DNA of 63,999 nt, the filler included, from Globobulimina sp. (lineage: Eukaryota), in the NCBI GenBank assembly GCA_003354225.1. It is 13 parts of 13 records of this genome, joined end to end, with 100 filler letters (N's around TTAATTAATTAA, not from the genome) between each part and the next. Parts side by side here need not be neighbours in the genome. Positions count along the whole stretch, not along the records: positions 34,646 to 39,472 come from PIVH01000898.1; positions 39,573 to 44,395 come from PIVH01000899.1; positions 44,496 to 49,316 come from PIVH01000900.1; 10 more parts are not named here. One strand, 5' to 3'. Below are positions 36,064 to 46,511 of this stretch, piece after piece. The stretch's first letter is position 1. The number at the start of each line of letters is the position of its first letter. Made by a program: the position numbers and the translations under genes. The notes below the pieces were generated by a model. That model searched no databases. It was not told where the DNA came from and saw nothing but the letters and a program-made list of their open reading frames with translations.

Positions 36064-36792
36064 ATGGCGCTGAGAGTTACGAGGCTTAATGTAAATGATT
36101 TGTGGAAGAATCTGGATCCTATGTTCCAAGTTCAATTAAGTAGTCACGTCTCATCAGATAATGGACATAAATTTGATGCATTGACAGAAGAACTTGGTTT
36201 CAGTAATGTTCAAAAAGAATTTTTATTTGATGCATTACGAGCATTACCATTGCAATTTTCGCTGATATCAACACCGCAAACCGCATTGTATGCGATTCCA
36301 ACCAATAAAAATGAGAAATTATTAGGGAAGAAACGAAAACGTAGTGAGTTAAATGAGATGTCGGATGATGATATTGATAGTGATGAGTTTGATGATTCTT
36401 TGAGTGATGATAATGATAAAAAGAAAAGGAATTTATGGGAACGTGATTCAGAGAATGGCGATATCGATCATAATGAACATCTTTATGTTGTTGACAAAAT
36501 CATTGATCATAAACAAATTGGAGAGAATAAATATAGATACAATGTGAAATGGAAGGGATATGATGATCGTACCTGGGAACCTCCGTTGCATTTACATCCT
36601 GAGACAATTAGGCAATATTGGAAAAGGAAGGGATGTAAAATTGATAAAAATAGTAAAAAAGTAAGGAAAAAGAAAAAGAAGAAAAAGAAAAAAAAGAAAC
36701 AAAAGAAAGATAAAACTCAACGATATTGGGAGGACACGGACGAGGCTGATGATGGCAACAAAGCGATTATTATTATTGACGATTCTGACTGA
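36064..36792 (+). CDS. Chromodomain protein with acidic and poly-Lys tracts
   Basis: YVVDKIIDHK.....RYNVKWKGYDDRTWEP..HL, with the aromatic-cage residues; NLS-like KKRKR. Confidence 0.85.
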   Translation: MALRVTRLNVNDLWKNLDPMFQVQLSSHVSSDNGHKFDALTEELGFSNVQKEFLFDALRALPLQFSLISTPQTALYAIPTNKNEKLLGKKRKRSELNEMSDDDIDSDEFDDSLSDDNDKKKRNLWERDSENGDIDHNEHLYVVDKIIDHKQIGENKYRYNVKWKGYDDRTWEPPLHLHPETIRQYWKRKGCKIDKNSKKVRKKKKKKKKKKKQKKDKTQRYWEDTDEADDGNKAIIIIDDSD

Positions 36793-36851
36793 GCTAATTT
36801 AATATCTCTTATAATTTATACAAAAAATGTATCGTTAAATTAAATAAAAAA

Positions 36852-37526
36852 TCAAGCATCAGATTTGTTTGTTTCATATTGTAGCTGCCAATGAGCAATT
36901 TTATCTTTCTGTTCATTTAACAATCCAGCAACCGGTTCGTCTTTGAGTTGGTCTTTGCATTTGATCCAAGTATCCATAAACATGAAAGCCATGCAGTCTT
37001 TGAAGAAAATAAGAACAGCGTCTTTAATCTGTTGGTCCCAATCCAAATCTGTCAATGCTGAGACTAAAAAGGAATACCACAATTGTGCTGAAAGCGGAGC
37101 CATAATTTGTTTGGCACTCTGATGGCCGCAATGCACACTATTCACCCAATTCACATTCCAAAATGAGACGTCTCCGTTTAACTCTGTGGCCATAAACCTA
37201 GCCACTCTGTCAACGGCCTGCGCAAAGGGCCTGCTTGTAAACAGAGAGCAGAATTGTTTGATTTTTTCATTCTTTTGCGTAGATTTTTCATCGTTTTCAT
37301 ATACTCTCCGATAAAAATGGAAGGATACAAGATAAGAGCCCTCCGCGCCTCCAATTTGTTCCCATAAATCTTTCCGTTGTTGTTTTGTTTGTGAAAATAC
37401 TTTGCTTGCAATTTCATCCGCTGATGATTGCAATTTCAATAATTCTTTTTTTAATATATTTCCATCTTTGTCTGTCTCCAATCTGACATCTGATAAATGA
37501 GAGCATTTATATTGCATTTGACCCAT
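36852..37526 (-). CDS. Truncated (2/2) haemoglobin, group II / GLB3-like, with N-terminal extension
   Basis: LWEQIGG...SFHFYRRVYE (B9-B10 FY), candidate proximal His in VHCGH, Trp G8 in SAQLWY..L.SAL, and K.....FF....FM as in plant GLB3. Confidence 0.7.
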   Translation of the reverse strand: MGQMQYKCSHLSDVRLETDKDGNILKKELLKLQSSADEIASKVFSQTKQQRKDLWEQIGGAEGSYLVSFHFYRRVYENDEKSTQKNEKIKQFCSLFTSRPFAQAVDRVARFMATELNGDVSFWNVNWVNSVHCGHQSAKQIMAPLSAQLWYSFLVSALTDLDWDQQIKDAVLIFFKDCMAFMFMDTWIKCKDQLKDEPVAGLLNEQKDKIAHWQLQYETNKSDA

Positions 37527-37828
37527 ATTAAATAATTTGTGTTTAAATAAGTATATGTTATTAAATTAATTATTACTCATAATGGACGAGTCAAATCCTG
37601 GATTATAATCATGTGAATATCTGTTTTCAGATTACTTTTCACATTTAGATCTTGTAAGAATCGGTAAGATTTTGTTTGTTTGTTAAAAACGTGTACGTTA
37701 AGACATGCTGCATACAAAACAGTCACAAACTTTGCGGCCTTTTAACAGTTTTAAGAGAAATCAAAGTTTAATGTAAACAAATTAAACAATTAATAATAAG
37801 GGGAAAAAAAAATTACAAATCAATGTGA

Positions 37829-38962
37829 TTAATATTGTGATACAGATCTTTTATTTTGATCATTTGTTTCTTTATTTCCATTTGTCACAATATTCGTACT
37901 ATGTCTTCTCATTCTTTGTTTCTTATTCGGTGGCTCGACCCCTTCCTCGTCACTATTACTCTCATACTTTCTTTTTTTCTTTTTCTCAATTTCCTCCTCA
38001 GTCTCATCACCAAACCGATACTGATCATCCATTGTATACTCCTCTTGTTTTAACTCTTTATCTTCATCCGTCAACTCATTATTTTCATGTTCTAAATTAT
38101 CCCAATTATCCTTATTATATTCAATGCCCATTTTCTTGGCTTCATTCTGTTTTAATGCTTCCTTTTCAAGCAAATCAAAATCAATATTTGATTGATTCGA
38201 TTTATCCGATTCCAGACCAATTAATTTCGCCTCGTTCTCTAAATCCCATTCAAACCGCGACTGTAAAACGGTTTTTTCATCTCTGTAATCCTGCTCTGAC
38301 GGGAAATTAACCCATAATCCGACTTTTAAAAATGGATTTGTTTTGATTTTATATGGGTTACGCAAAATATTCAATATATTTGCAATATTTCTCGCCTTTA
38401 ACCAATTATTTATAGCATTGCATCTTAAAAATAATGGGATGCGCTGAACGTATGGACAGTAATTATTGTCATTCTCCACTGACTGAGAGATGGCCGCCAC
38501 ACTGAATGACCGGCCACGGTGATTTCTGGTCTCTTTGTATAATGCGGCAATATAAAAAAATTCTCCTTCCACTGCTTTCAGTGGGGATATATAATATGGC
38601 TGGCGGTCGGTTGTGATACTTCGGTTGATTGGGTTTAAAACATCTGTATTATGCCATAAATAAATACCTTTACATATTATGACGGCTGTGTTATTGGCGT
38701 CGATTAATGGACGCCATGCTTTATTTTTGTAAATATCTTCACTGCGGGCGATATGGGTTAAATTCTTACCGGTTTCAAATATATCAACACCCCATTTCAT
38801 TGTATGGAGATAGATTTCATTGTTGTTGGTGGTTAATACGGGAATTAGTGTACCCGGTGATATGTTTGCATTGGCGGTGAATGATGCTTCTCCAAAGAAT
38901 TTATTTATTTTTAATTTAATTTTTAAGTCTGCGGATGTTTCGCAAAGATTAAATCTTTTCAT
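37829..38962 (-). CDS. SRAP (HMCES/YedK)-family protein lacking the catalytic residues, with acidic/NLS tail
   Basis: MKRFNL..., NISPG..IPV, MKWG, ARSE, GIYLW, QPYYI, IAALY and QRIPLFL...WL follow the SRAP motif order. The start codon is uncertain (frame open to 39058). Confidence 0.75.
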   Translation of the reverse strand: MKRFNLCETSADLKIKLKINKFFGEASFTANANISPGTLIPVLTTNNNEIYLHTMKWGVDIFETGKNLTHIARSEDIYKNKAWRPLIDANNTAVIICKGIYLWHNTDVLNPINRSITTDRQPYYISPLKAVEGEFFYIAALYKETRNHRGRSFSVAAISQSVENDNNYCPYVQRIPLFLRCNAINNWLKARNIANILNILRNPYKIKTNPFLKVGLWVNFPSEQDYRDEKTVLQSRFEWDLENEAKLIGLESDKSNQSNIDFDLLEKEALKQNEAKKMGIEYNKDNWDNLEHENNELTDEDKELKQEEYTMDDQYRFGDETEEEIEKKKKRKYESNSDEEGVEPPNKKQRMRRHSTNIVTNGNKETNDQNKRSVSQY

Positions 38963-39572
38963 CTTCTCAGGAAATGATGAAGAACACGCGCCTATTATCG
39001 ATCTATTAGCAGTAGTATAAAACTTGAACTTCAGCTTTTTAATAGCGTTAAAAATCAAGCAATTCTGATAATGTCTTCGTTTTCTGACATTTTGATTTTT
39101 GTTGCATTAATCTTTCAAAATAACGTCACAAATGCTGCAAGTTGTAGTCCGCATGAACAATAATAAATTGTCCATGATTGGGCAATGTCACTTCTGTGTT
39201 GAACATATTTGGAACAATTCGAATTTAGAAGAATCAATACGAGAAAAATGGAAAAATCATACTTTTGTCACTATTTTGTCTATTTTCAAAAAATGAGACA
39301 GTATTTCAGAAACTGAAGAACGGACAACGTTGTTCAAGCAAATTTTATTATTATTATCGGAATGCACACACTTGTGAAGTTTTGGAAATGTTCAGAACTT
39401 CGTTTTTTTTTAATTGTTTCGAGATGTCATACACAGATCTCAAACCAACGCTATAATCCAGTCCTCATATCANNNNNNNNNNNNNNNNNNNNNNNNNNNN
39501 NNNNNNNNNNNNNNNNTTAATTAATTAANNNNNNNNNNNNNNNNNNNNNNNNNNNNNNNNNNNNNNNNNNNN

Positions 39573-40200
39573 CGGCATACTTTTGGTGTTTATTTGATAA
39601 TATACGCCCTATTTTTAACATTTTATTATTTGTAAAATCAATATCACACAACTCATCATTTCTTTGATGTTTGATTTCATCATCAACGTTAACCATCTTT
39701 TTTTCTTCGGTGGTTAATCTCTGACCGATATCGTATGAATGGCTGAAATAACAATGGATTTTGTCCAAGATTTCAAGGATTGCGTTGAATTCAACATCGT
39801 TATCATGTTTTTTGAGGAATTTGTTGAATATATCGAGATTTAAATGTGATGCGAGCATATTATTTTGATCCCGATTATTTCTGCGGAATCCTGTACATTT
39901 TAAAATGTTACATGTGTTTAATTTACTGTTGGTGTATTTAAATTGTTCGTCATCATCATGGTTATGTAAGAAATGGAGATAAATATTTAATATTTGTGTT
40001 ATATTTATGTCTGATATATTTTTTTTATTTTGTTTTGGATTTAAATTGTATTCATCGTATGACCTCAATGCGTGTATTAATCTTGTCAAATGTGTGCAGT
40101 TGTGAACTAATTTGTTTTCACAAATAACATCTGCAGTCTTGGTTTCATAGGTTTTTGTTGTTGGTTGCGCTGGAGCCACGGTGCTGGGTTTTGAACCCAT
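39573..40200 (-). CDS. Hypothetical protein with a possible N-myristoylation signal (MGSKPS), 3'-partial
   Basis: Open frame with His/Cys pattern YLHFLHNH...C.I.KC..FRRN.R...LDKIHCYF.HSYD. Confidence 0.55.
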
Positions 40201-40280
40201 TGTGGATGCACAATGTTTTATGATAGATTTATTTTGTTGGAAACGTTCGTTCAATTGTTTTCAGACAAATTCTCAACATC

Positions 40281-40569
40281 ATGGCATTGGTTTCATGGAA
40301 GTGTGGTGAATGCGCCCAGATCAACCAGGTTTACGTACAAATATTAAATATTTCAGATCAAATTGAGAATAATATGTATATAATTTAGAATGTTTACTCA
40401 ACGACAAGATGCAAATGATTTGGCAGCAATCATCACAGAATATGTAGGAACAACATTCGATGCTACATTTTTGGGAAATAATTTTTATCATAATCAGTTA
40501 TTTCAATCGGATCACCGTGCGAGATGCAGGATCTTAATCCACGAATTTCCATTTAAAACCATAACATGA
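40281..40569 (+). pseudogene. Small frame-disrupted ORF overlapping the 3' end of the endonuclease
   Basis: MALVSWKCGECAQINQ...MYII stops at TAG 40386-40388. The +1 frame continues MFTQRQDANDLAAIITEYVG... to 40569. Confidence 0.3.
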
Positions 40570-41591
40570 CAGCCTTTCCCCTCTACAAACTCTCAATATG
40601 CTACTTGGTATAATATTTAACATCTCAGCAGCAGAAGCTGCATTTTCCCAAACTTTTATAACAGATCCACTGTTTCTATCAAGCTGTACGATTTGTGAGT
40701 ACATCTTATTTAAGTTTGGTTTAAAATGCAACTGCGGGCAACGATCCTGGTATTGACATTGAAATAGATTCCGATATTCATCACTATCCAAAAAATGCAA
40801 AATCTCCTCTGATCTTTGTTTTTGTTTCAAATGGCAACCTCGTGAAATTTCCGATACAATGCATATTTTCTATGCAATCTAATTGATTCATCACAATCTT
40901 TGTACATCCAATTCAAAACAGTCATGGGCGCAAATACTCCGTTATAAGCTAACCTTTGGCAGTTTTGATTGTTGTAAACAGTGCCTTTAATTCTTGCTTC
41001 ATTGAACAAATGCTTTTTGAGATATGCTTGCAACTCAGGGATAAATGTAAAGGAACCAATAAAAATTGCCACAAAAGCACGATTACATTTGTCATAGTGA
41101 ATACAACCATCGCCATCAAAATATCCTCGTACAAAATGATGAGCATATTCATCAGGTAAATTAGTTGGCCACTGCAATGTCAATGATTTCCTCGGTGTGC
41201 ATCCTAATTGAATCAAATCTAATGCCAATGCAGAATTCGATATAGAGTGATAAGCAGCACATGATTCCTTCTTGGAATCCATATACTTGTAACTAGTCTT
41301 CCTCAATCCTAGAGCGTATGTTGATTGTAACGCTTTTTTGTATTTCTCAACATGTGGATAGTCAATGCATTTTAAATTCAGTTGAATTTGATTTTGATGG
41401 GTTGTTCTTGTTTCATGCACATTGCCATCAGCAAACAAGAATCCTAACCAGTATGCCATAGATGGATTCCATGATTTGAAGAATGAGACATTACATGATG
41501 GTGCTCTGCTATGTAATTTACGACATGGCACCACAAATATCATCTGATTTAGATAAAGGTTATAAAAACTTGTGCTAAGCGCAAGGATCAT
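40534..41591 (-). mobile_element. Free-standing two-motif LAGLIDADG homing-endonuclease gene with C-terminal NUMOD1 domain; frameshift at about 40828
   Basis: Motif 1 AYWLGFLFADG; motif 2 HFVRGYFDGDG; linker DLIQLGCTPRKSLTLQWP. The overlapping downstream frame (40534-40830) encodes IVQLD...VIKVWENAASAAEMLNI..SSILRVCRGER.SCYGFKWKF (NUMOD1-type HTH). Confidence 0.85.
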
Positions 41592-41614
41592 TGTTTCTCT
41601 TAAATTTAAGTTTA

Positions 41615-42575
41615 TCAACTTTTGGAATACAAATATTGCGCATGAAAGTCTATATGATTCTCAACAAAACTCGAAATAAAATGATAAGAATGATCGTAAC
41701 CTTTTTGCATTCTCAAATGAACATTGACATTTTCGCATTGTTTGCTCTCAGCCACAAAATTCTCCGGCAATAACTGATTATGATTATCCTCCCCATCATT
41801 TAAAAATTGATCATCACTGCCTTGGTCAATTAAAATATCCACTTCGTCATCCCCGCTTGGTATGAAATTTTCCAACAAGACAGTGGCATCATACTGTCTC
41901 CATCTGTACAAATTATGTTCCTTCTCTCCTAAATAACCAGTAAAACATTTTTGTCCCCATCTGCAATTTATAGGATTACAAATGGGCGAAAATGCCGAGA
42001 CTGACTTATATAATCTTGCATTGCGCAAATATGAAACTAACGCACCATGTCCTCCCATACTATGACCAAAAATAGATGCATTGTTCATTTGTAATGGTAA
42101 TTTTGCATCGCGTAATAACATTGGCAGCTCACTATTAATATAATCATACATATTATAATATTCATTGTAAGGTTTTTGTGTTGCATTCACATAAAAACCA
42201 GCGCCTGAACCAAAATCATAGGAATCATGCTCTCCGTTAAGCTCTTTTACAGTTCGAGGTGATGTATCTGGACAAACCAATGCTATGTTGTTTGCATTTG
42301 CATATTTTTGTGCACCGGCTTTTTGAATAAAATTATCTTCGGTGCAGGTTAAACCAGATAACCAATATAGTATTGGCACATCATTTTTATTTGCTGCTTC
42401 AGGAAGAAACAATGAAAATCGCGCCGACAAGCCACCTAAAACTGCACTTGTATGCTCATATTTCTATAGGTGATGTTGTAGTTGATATATATTTGAAGAA
42501 TAGAATATAAAAAGAGTTAACGTGGACGTAACCACCAAAGCTTTTAGCAGAGCTCAGCAATTTAATGGCGGACAT
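41615..42575 (-). CDS. ESD: S-formylglutathione hydrolase (esterase D), 2 exons
   Basis: LYWLSGLTCTEDNF, PDTSPR, DFGSGAGFY, GHSMGGHGAL, IDQG..D.FL and GYDHSY; intron 42464-42521. Confidence 0.96.
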
Positions 42576-42766
42576 TTTGGACATTATTTATTGTTTAGTA
42601 CAAAAACTTAAATTGTGCAAGGATTCCTACTACTTTCTTTTTTTTGTGCAATTTAGTTTTTGTGCAAGGATAAAATTATGAAATCGATACACAAACTTCA
42701 CATTAAAACATTGTTGATTTATTGAAACACTCTGAAAAGAAAATGTGTTATTATCGATTATTATTC

Positions 42767-43147
42767 CTATTCAGGGCCATTCTGTACTTCAATTGGATAT
42801 AAAGTACTGAATATTTCAGGCCCCGCCAAAAACATCAACACAATTAATATTATGGGCGAAACAACACATTGTCCAACCAAAAATTTCACCGAAAGTGATT
42901 GTTTTAACGCAGATTCTGTATAGTTCCCAGTCCAATATAATTCTGTTGCTTTTTGATGATAATATAATGATATCCATGATGCGCAAGGCACGGCGGGGCA
43001 ACATAATATTGATGCAATTATAATGCAAATAAGATCACGGAAATTATCTGATTCCTCAACGTATACTACATGAGGTTCATCCTCTGGTTTCGCCACTAAT
43101 GCGGTAACTGCCACTAAATTTGGGTCATCTTGCATTAACGCTGACAT
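42767..43147 (-). CDS. Small membrane protein, CD225/dispanin-like
   Basis: IIASILCC....SWISLYY..KA...Y..GNY..S....S.K followed by a second hydrophobic helix. Confidence 0.5.
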   Translation of the reverse strand: MSALMQDDPNLVAVTALVAKPEDEPHVVYVEESDNFRDLICIIIASILCCPAVPCASWISLYYHQKATELYWTGNYTESALKQSLSVKFLVGQCVVSPIILIVLMFLAGPEIFSTLYPIEVQNGPE

Positions 43148-43269
43148 TATTTCAACTTTTTGTATTAAAATTTTTTGATTTCACTAAAAAAACTTTAGTG
43201 TAAAAAAAAACACCTCAAACCATGACACATATAATACAATAAATCACAAATTATACCAACAACAACATC

Positions 43270-44395
43270 ATGAACCAACCACCATTACCACCAATACCCC
43301 AAATCTCTTCAAACAAAAACAAAAAACGAAACGCCAACAAAGCATTATCAACCCTGTCATTCGACATACGTCGCGTTCGCAAAATCCGTCGTTTAGATCG
43401 CAAAATACGTTCAATTTCATCTGGCTCCTCCAAAGAACTCCAACGAGAGATTGAAAAAATCAAAAAAGAGCGCAACTTAAAATTAGAACAACTATCAGAA
43501 GCACAAGCTTCTGAGATCAACGACAGTCGAAAAAGATACACCTTATACATGCAAGAGATCGAAAAAGAAATGAGCGAAAAGAAGAAAATCCTGCAAAACC
43601 ATTGCAGCACAAAACTACAACGCATCAAAACGCGCATCATTTCCAACCATAAAAACGCAGAAAAATCGCAGTTTTCAATCCGTTCCATCCGCGATCACAA
43701 AATCAAAATCTCAGTCTCGCGCAAATATTCCATCCGCGACATTCGCACTGACATTTTATCCGTATTCGTAAACTGGAAAAACGAGATCCAATTCAGCACC
43801 AAACGCGCGACTCGCGCTGCCACCAAAAACAAGAAAACAAATATCTACGGCAGCACAGATTTGAGCCGCATTCGTTTCCATTTGAAAGAAGAGGAAATCA
43901 AATACGATTTGCGTACGCTATTAGACGCAGAACACGCGAACAATAACTATCGATATAGATATTCAGACGAAGACATGGATGACGATATAACCAACGCGTT
44001 CCATCAACAGCCATCGTATATTGACCGGCATATTAGCGGCATAACCAATAAATTGGGCCCTTTGAACGACCCTGGCATTGAAGACCCGTTATATCCACGG
44101 AGCAGACGGCACCGTGTGGCGCGGGTCAATTATGACCAGAGTGGGGTCAATGGGTTGGATGTGGGCGTGCGTGGTGGCGATGGTGGGCGCGATATGAGCA
44201 ATATGTATCATACACAGGATGTGCATTTTTATGACAGTGTGGGGAGTGGTGTTGGGAATAAGGTGGATGAGGCGAGCGGTTATACGAATAATGAGGGCGA
44301 AGTGGTGGGGATACCGATGGAGGAACGTGGGCATAATGTGGTGATTGGCGGCTTTGCCGTGGGACATGGCTCGGTGGTGCGGTTGAACTATTTGG
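43270..44395 (+). CDS. Sds3/BRMS1-like coiled-coil protein, 3'-partial
   Basis: Long charged coiled coil (I..G...EL...IEKI..ER..KL), then RFHLKEEEIKYDLRTL, resembling the Sds3 Sin3-interaction segment. Confidence 0.5.
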
Positions 44396-44495
44396 NNNNN
44401 NNNNNNNNNNNNNNNNNNNNNNNNNNNNNNNNNNNNNNNTTAATTAATTAANNNNNNNNNNNNNNNNNNNNNNNNNNNNNNNNNNNNNNNNNNNN

Positions 44496-44687
44496 CAGAT
44501 ATGCTTTGCCAAATAACTGTGGATCACTCATCAAACCTTGCAACTCCGCAGATGACATTGATAAAGACTGCGGTTTGACTGCGTCATGTTTGATAAACAA
44601 ATCTTTAACATCTTCCAATCCATTCTTATTGATCCACACATCGAAATTGAATGCGGTGCCTTCACCTTCACTACTTAGATGCAGCAT
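44496..44687 (-). CDS. N-terminal fragment of a hypothetical protein (SAM-like start)
   Basis: EGEG...FDVWINKNGLEDVKDLFIKH; runs into the spacer. Confidence 0.4.
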
Positions 44688-45170
44688 GTTTCAGGACTGA
44701 GTTTAAGTAAATTTACAACATCAAAACTTTTTCTTTACTGTGAACAGCTCAAATTTTCTGGGTTCCTTGTATTTTGTAAATATAATCTATCCGTATGATG
44801 TACGTCTACGTCTGAAATATAACATAAGTATTAAAATAAATGCACAAAAGAGGATGTATCATGTACCAACACCGAGAATAATTAATAAACACAATAAAAA
44901 AGTAAAACATGCCAAAATAAAAAGGCAAACAAAAAACAATTTGCGTGTGTCGGTGAATGACTGTGATCCCTCTTTGCATCGGGTATCGAAATAGGAAAAA
45001 AATTCTAACAGAATAACAACAATAAAAATATTATGACAATCTATTATTTATTATTATCGTTGTTACAAAAACATCACAAAATAACAAACATCACAAATTA
45101 AAACAACAAACTAAGTATGTCAAAATTTACACATTTATTATATACGCTTTAAAGTCAAAAAATGTTACAA

Positions 45171-46200
45171 TTAGTCAATGATCGCAATATCACACTCGCT
45201 GCCTTCCAGAGTCCCCAAAGTATCCGAATTTGCATATTTATTTTCATCCAAAACATTCAAAATTGTTGAATTTGTATCATAATTATTTCTTAATTGCACC
45301 GTAACTGATTTATCAATTAGCACATTCTCCAAATTGTTATCATAGCTCATATACGATGGAGTCATCGAAGTGATCGAACTCATCAAATCTTCACCGTCAG
45401 ACTGCGCATACTACAGTGTGGACATCGCAATTATATTTACATTATAAATGTATGCATATTCAGTACACAAACTTAACAGAAACGACTTGTGAATCATGAA
45501 AAACGTTAATATTTTTCATAGGCATTGCTCGCGGCGAAGGAGTGCCTGAAATGGAACATGTCGCAATCGACGCTCCCCATTCTTCCTCGCAAATATGATG
45601 GTTATTGATGCTCTGAGGCATCATTTTAAAACTACAATTGAACTCACTCGAGCTCATCACCGTGATGGGGGAGAAGGTGTATTCATTTGTAATTTCTTCG
45701 ATTGGCGACAATCCGCTGTTATTTTGGTTGTGCTGTGCTTGGGGATGCGGCCCATTTGGTGCAGGGAATGATAATTTGCAGGCTTGCTCTGATACGTTGG
45801 AATAAGCAGAGATTGAGTCGGATATTCGAGGCATAAAATATGGCATTTGATAGACAGAAACGTTTTCTTCAGTGTTGCTGTCGAACGAATATCTTTTTAA
45901 TTGGATATCTTTTGGTCGTTTGCCGAGTTTTTTGGATCTCCTTTTTACGGCTGGATTTGCAGCAAATGAGGTGGGATTTAATTGTTTTTTTAATGCCTCG
46001 AGTTGTTGTTTTAAACGTAGATTTTCTGAGATGCAGGTTATAATACATTTTGATTTTTCATCCAACTGCCGATCTTTTAAATTGTTTTCTTTCTCTAAAC
46101 AACGTATTTGTTTCTGTAAGTTGACATTTTGCGTCTTATATTTTTTTAATTCATTTTGTAAATTGGATAGTAAGGAGGCGCTACATTCTGAGGGATTCAT
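45171..46200 (-). CDS. Hypothetical coiled-coil/Ser-rich protein, 2 exons
   Basis: Intron GTTAAG(45477)...TAG joins ORF 45460-46200 to 45171-45386 in frame. Confidence 0.55.
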
Positions 46201-46511
46201 TTTTTTTGTATGATTTTATTTAATATATGGCTAAATTGGTTAGAATGATATTATTAAATGTTACTTACTTAACAGTTTTATGAATTTATGACCATTTTGT
46301 AGTGAAAACAAAATCTAATTTAATTTTGAACCAAAAGGGAAAAACAAAAGAACGGATACATGGATGGATTGTTAACATCAACACAAAAAAAGAATACATA
46401 CAAAAAAACATGTACATGTATTTGCGACAAACATCACACAAAACGATACATATGATATCAAGTTAAATACTAAACCTGCTCATTCCAATCAATTTACAAT
46501 CACTCAGTCAG

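Noticed and set aside
39056-39090. Upstream ATG ORF MSENEDIIRIA as a frameshifted SRAP N-terminus
   Set aside because: The ATG at 38962 (MKRF) already aligns with the canonical SRAP start, so no frameshift is needed.
6333-40830. Euplotes-style programmed frameshifting at ATT-stop (6333-6338, 40383-40388, 40827-40832)
   Set aside because: Required shifts differ (+1, +1, -1), ATT is common in AT-rich DNA, and long conserved genes here show no such breaks. Decay or assembly errors are simpler explanations.
24762-43147. Apparent defence island (DDX60, fibrinogen-SAM, SRAP, endonuclease, CD225-like)
   Set aside because: These genes lie on four different contigs; apart from the endonuclease and CD225-like pair, their proximity comes from concatenation.
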